A DNA stretch of 63,876 bases, the filler included, from Reticulomyxa filosa (Eukaryota; Protista; Foraminifera), in the NCBI GenBank assembly GCA_000512085.1. It is 25 parts of 25 records of this genome, joined end to end, with 100 filler letters (N's around TTAATTAATTAA, not from the genome) between each part and the next. Parts side by side here need not be neighbours in the genome. Positions count along the whole stretch, not along the records: positions 60,890 to 63,876 come from ASPP01004515.1; 24 more parts are not named here. The stretch is one strand, 5' to 3'. The notes beneath the pieces are model-generated. The model was not told the DNA's origin. It saw nothing but the letters and a program-made list of their open reading frames with translations, and made no database searches. Position numbers and translations under genes: made by a program. Below are positions 60,790 to 63,876 of this stretch, piece by piece. Every line of letters starts with the position of its first letter. Position 1 is the stretch's first letter.

Positions 60790-62939
60790 NNNNNNNNNNN
60801 NNNNNNNNNNNNNNNNNNNNNNNNNNNNNNNNNTTAATTAATTAANNNNNNNNNNNNNNNNNNNNNNNNNNNNNNNNNNNNNNNNNNNNAGGTCTAAATG
60901 TTGATTTTTCTGGAGAAAATCAATTATCATCATATTATATCGCTTTAGGCGTTCAGTTTTCTTTGCAACCTACTGTATTATTAAATTGCTGATTATCAAT
61001 GTGTCCAATAATTGACTTCGTTACTTCTTGCAATGCTATAGTTTCGCATATGGCAAAGTTAAAGGTAGCAAATAAGTTTTTTTTTGCCATTTTCATTTTA
61101 AAATTTAATCAAACTGCAATCTTTTTTTTTGTCTAAGTTGGACGTCATTTTTTCGAATGTTTTTGTTATTTCAGTTCAGCAACATCAATTCAAATTTCTT
61201 TTTTTGTAAAAAAAATCAATGATTGTATAAATGCGTGATATGTAAAACAAAAAGGTTTACCAATTTGCCAACGAAGTCTATCAAATTCCATCCAAAACAA
61301 AACAAGGACCTTGATTGCATTTGCAAAAGGAATATGTGTCAACACTTGATGAGTTAATATGTAAGTTAACATAGTTTAGTTACTATGTTTTGCCACATTA
61401 AAATCCAGTTAGACTGAATCTTGTTCAAAAAACTAATATCACTATCGCATGCGATTGGAACTATTTTGCAATAATATCGTGATTGTAAGCACCAAAATGT
61501 GGATAATGATGTTGTAATATCTGATCTAAACTGAACTGATTGTCCACTGGACTAAATTATTTGGGCGCAAATAGTGTCGCAGATAGAAAGTGTTGATAGC
61601 CATTAGGAAGGAAAAAGATGAACAATAGTGTGAGTAATACCACTCTGTGCTCATTAGTGCTAAATTCATTCAATCAATTTGCAATCAGGCTATTAATTGC
61701 AAAATAAAACCAAAATAAATTATTGTTTGTATAGAACGTTGCAACACTAGTCTTAATCGCTGAAAGTGAAAGTAAAAAAATTGGATTTTAATCATCGAAC
61801 CAAACTGAAGCAATTCAAAGACTGTATCGATAACTCTGCAAATTATTTAATTAAAATAATATATCTTTTTTGATTGTATATTGTTCAACGAGAAATCGCA
61901 TATACTGCCAAATAAATTATCAAGTTTTTTTTCTTCATTTGAGGAAGCATCTTCACCATTTCTTCAATCATCATTTAAATTGCACAAATCATCATTTCCA
62001 TTTGCGTTTTTTCTTTCTCAGTATCATCACAAAAAAAAATATCATCTATGATTATAAAAATGTCGTCCCAAAATAATTTTAAATATGATTCAATGATTTC
62101 TTTTAACTTCCCTTTTGTTTGATGATGATAAAATAATGTTAGCATTAAAAATGGCACTTGAGTGGAAAGACACTTTTTTTCTTCTTGAGACAGCGTTCAA
62201 TCACGTTTTTTTCAAAACAATTGAGTAATTCATTTCCATCTCTTTTCTTTATAACTCTGTGTGAAGTCGATCTGTCTTGATATAGTTACTCAGACATTGA
62301 AGATCATGTCGTTCATTAATCAATCATTTCACAAAATTTTCAGAAATATATAATATATTCAATAGTCTAACTGTTAACTTTTTTAATTTAAAAATAAAAT
62401 TTTTTTTACGTATGTAGTACTAACCATTGTCAGAAATCCAAGTGAACTTCGAACTCCCTTTATTCTGGTTCACACTCACTTCACTCCTCAGTCTTTCGCT
62501 TCTTAGTTTTTGCTGCTAGTTTTTGATCATTATTTTCTCGTTATTTAACAAATTATGTTTTGTTGAAAGTTTGCTCATGAGAGCTAATCAACCTTTCGTA
62601 TTACACTTTGTGCAGTTCTTTTCAGTAGACGTTCCACATGTCCAAGAAATACTCTCTCGTTTCTACTTAGCACAGATTGAATGTAGCATTTTATATGTGC
62701 TCTTGGAGAGTTCTATCTTTAAATCCCAGGTTTTGTAAACTATTTCAAAACTCCTTTAATGCAAGAATGTGATATTTTAATCAGTTTTAAACTAGTGCTG
62801 CAATTTCTGTATTGCAACTAATTCTTTAATCAAAATAATACGTTGTTATACCAAGTCACGTGCTTCTGGAAATATAATATAAACGTGTCAGCCTCTACCC
62901 TCTAAAAGTAGAGTCTTTTCATAGCAAATCATTACAAAA

Positions 62940-63756
62940 ATGTCAAAAGGTATCCTTACAGCATTTGCAATACTTATTTGGGGGGTCATTGGTGACATTC
63001 CTCCTCCACAAACCTATTATTATACGCAAAGACTTGACCATTTCAACCCACAAGACACCAGAACCTTTCAAGAAAAGTATTTAGTTTGTAGTGACTATTG
63101 GAAGTCTGGTGGACCAATATTTTTTTACAGCGGCAATGAAGGAGAGATCGAAAGTATGAAACATCTCTTGCATCTTCTGTATTTTTTTTTTTTAATTTGA
63201 ACCGTATATATTTTGTTTGACACATTTTGGGGGTATTGGTTGATGAAAAGGCTTTTACAACAACACCGGGTTCATGTTTGACATTGCACCACAATTCGGG
63301 GCTCTCATCATTTTTGCGGAACACAGGCATATATTTCCTTCACATAAGCTTTGTTGTTAGAAGCAAATTGTGTACGTACATTTTTTAGTTTCACATGTAA
63401 TGAACTTGGGATTGCCTTACAATAAAATTTTTTTTTATGGGACATTGCCATATTTTTGAAAAAAAAAGGACAGAAGGAAGAGAAGGGGGGGGAGGAACAG
63501 TATATACCTGTGAATGTACACACGTACTATACAAATGGCACGACAAACACAAAACAGATATTATGGATCATCATTGCCATTTGGACAGAATTCGTTCACA
63601 CCAGAAAATTTAAGATATTTGACAATTGAACTAGCAGTTGCAGACTACGCCCAATTTCTGACCGATTGGAAATCCCAAAACAACGCAGAGAAAAACGCCG
63701 TTGTTGTATTTGGCGGTTCGTATGGTGGTGTATTAGCTGCGGCTTGTCGCATTCAT
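62940..63756 (+). CDS. Serine carboxypeptidase family S28 (PRCP/DPP7-like), 5' part
   Basis: Signal peptide, QRLDHF, GPIFFYSGNEG, AEHR|YYGSSLPFG, LAVADYA and the catalytic FGGSYGG. Introns 63154-63250 and 63327-63557. Confidence 0.95.
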
Positions 63757-63876
63757 GTTACACTTATGTATTTCTTTATTTTCTTTTTGTCATAGAACAA
63801 TGGACAAGAGAAGGGGAGATGTCGATCACCAATGTTGTTATTTTTCGTGATAATGTATATGCGTGTGTGTGTGTGT

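Noticed and set aside
1154-60889. Regularly recurring TTAATTAATTAA palindrome as a biological repeat or CRISPR-like array
   Set aside because: It is always centred in an exact N44/N44 pad, so it is a synthetic six-frame-stop linker. No CRISPR repeat-spacer structure or cas genes were seen.

Overview
This window is not contiguous DNA. It is 25 short contigs (about 1-8 kb) joined by 24 identical artificial 100-bp spacers (N44-TTAATTAATTAA-N44), so adjacency across spacers carries no biological meaning. Twenty-three contigs come from an AT-rich, intron-containing microbial eukaryote with (TA)n/(CA)n/poly-A/T-rich introns. The WD40 family and gene style suggest the foraminiferan Reticulomyxa filosa or a relative; this is an inference that was not checked by search. 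Two contigs are bacterial: an aminotransferase plus wzx from an O-antigen cluster, and a betaproteobacterial-type petA-petB. Recognisable eukaryotic genes, mostly partial: TOR, RAB3GAP1, MSH5, a UBR-type RING E3, a HECT E3, an F-box protein, an SLC26/SulP transporter, a D-serine dehydratase-family PLP enzyme, an ARM-repeat protein, a RhoGAP-like protein, TMEM143/DUF3754, an S28 carboxypeptidase, an RNF213-like AAA+ ATPase and a coiled-coil-HSPA12 fusion. There is also a decayed LINE and several pseudogenes. The best candidate for an undescribed system is an expanded WD40 family, with five paralog ends in this window, four of them in tail-to-tail pairs. Its scaffold is nearly invariant, but the top-face ligand-binding positions differ in almost every copy, as in fungal HNWD allorecognition receptors. 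The same sample also holds ART-like, glycine-rich, RNF213-like, HSPA12-like and possible pore-former genes. Many single-base frameshifts lie in homopolymers and look like sequencing errors.
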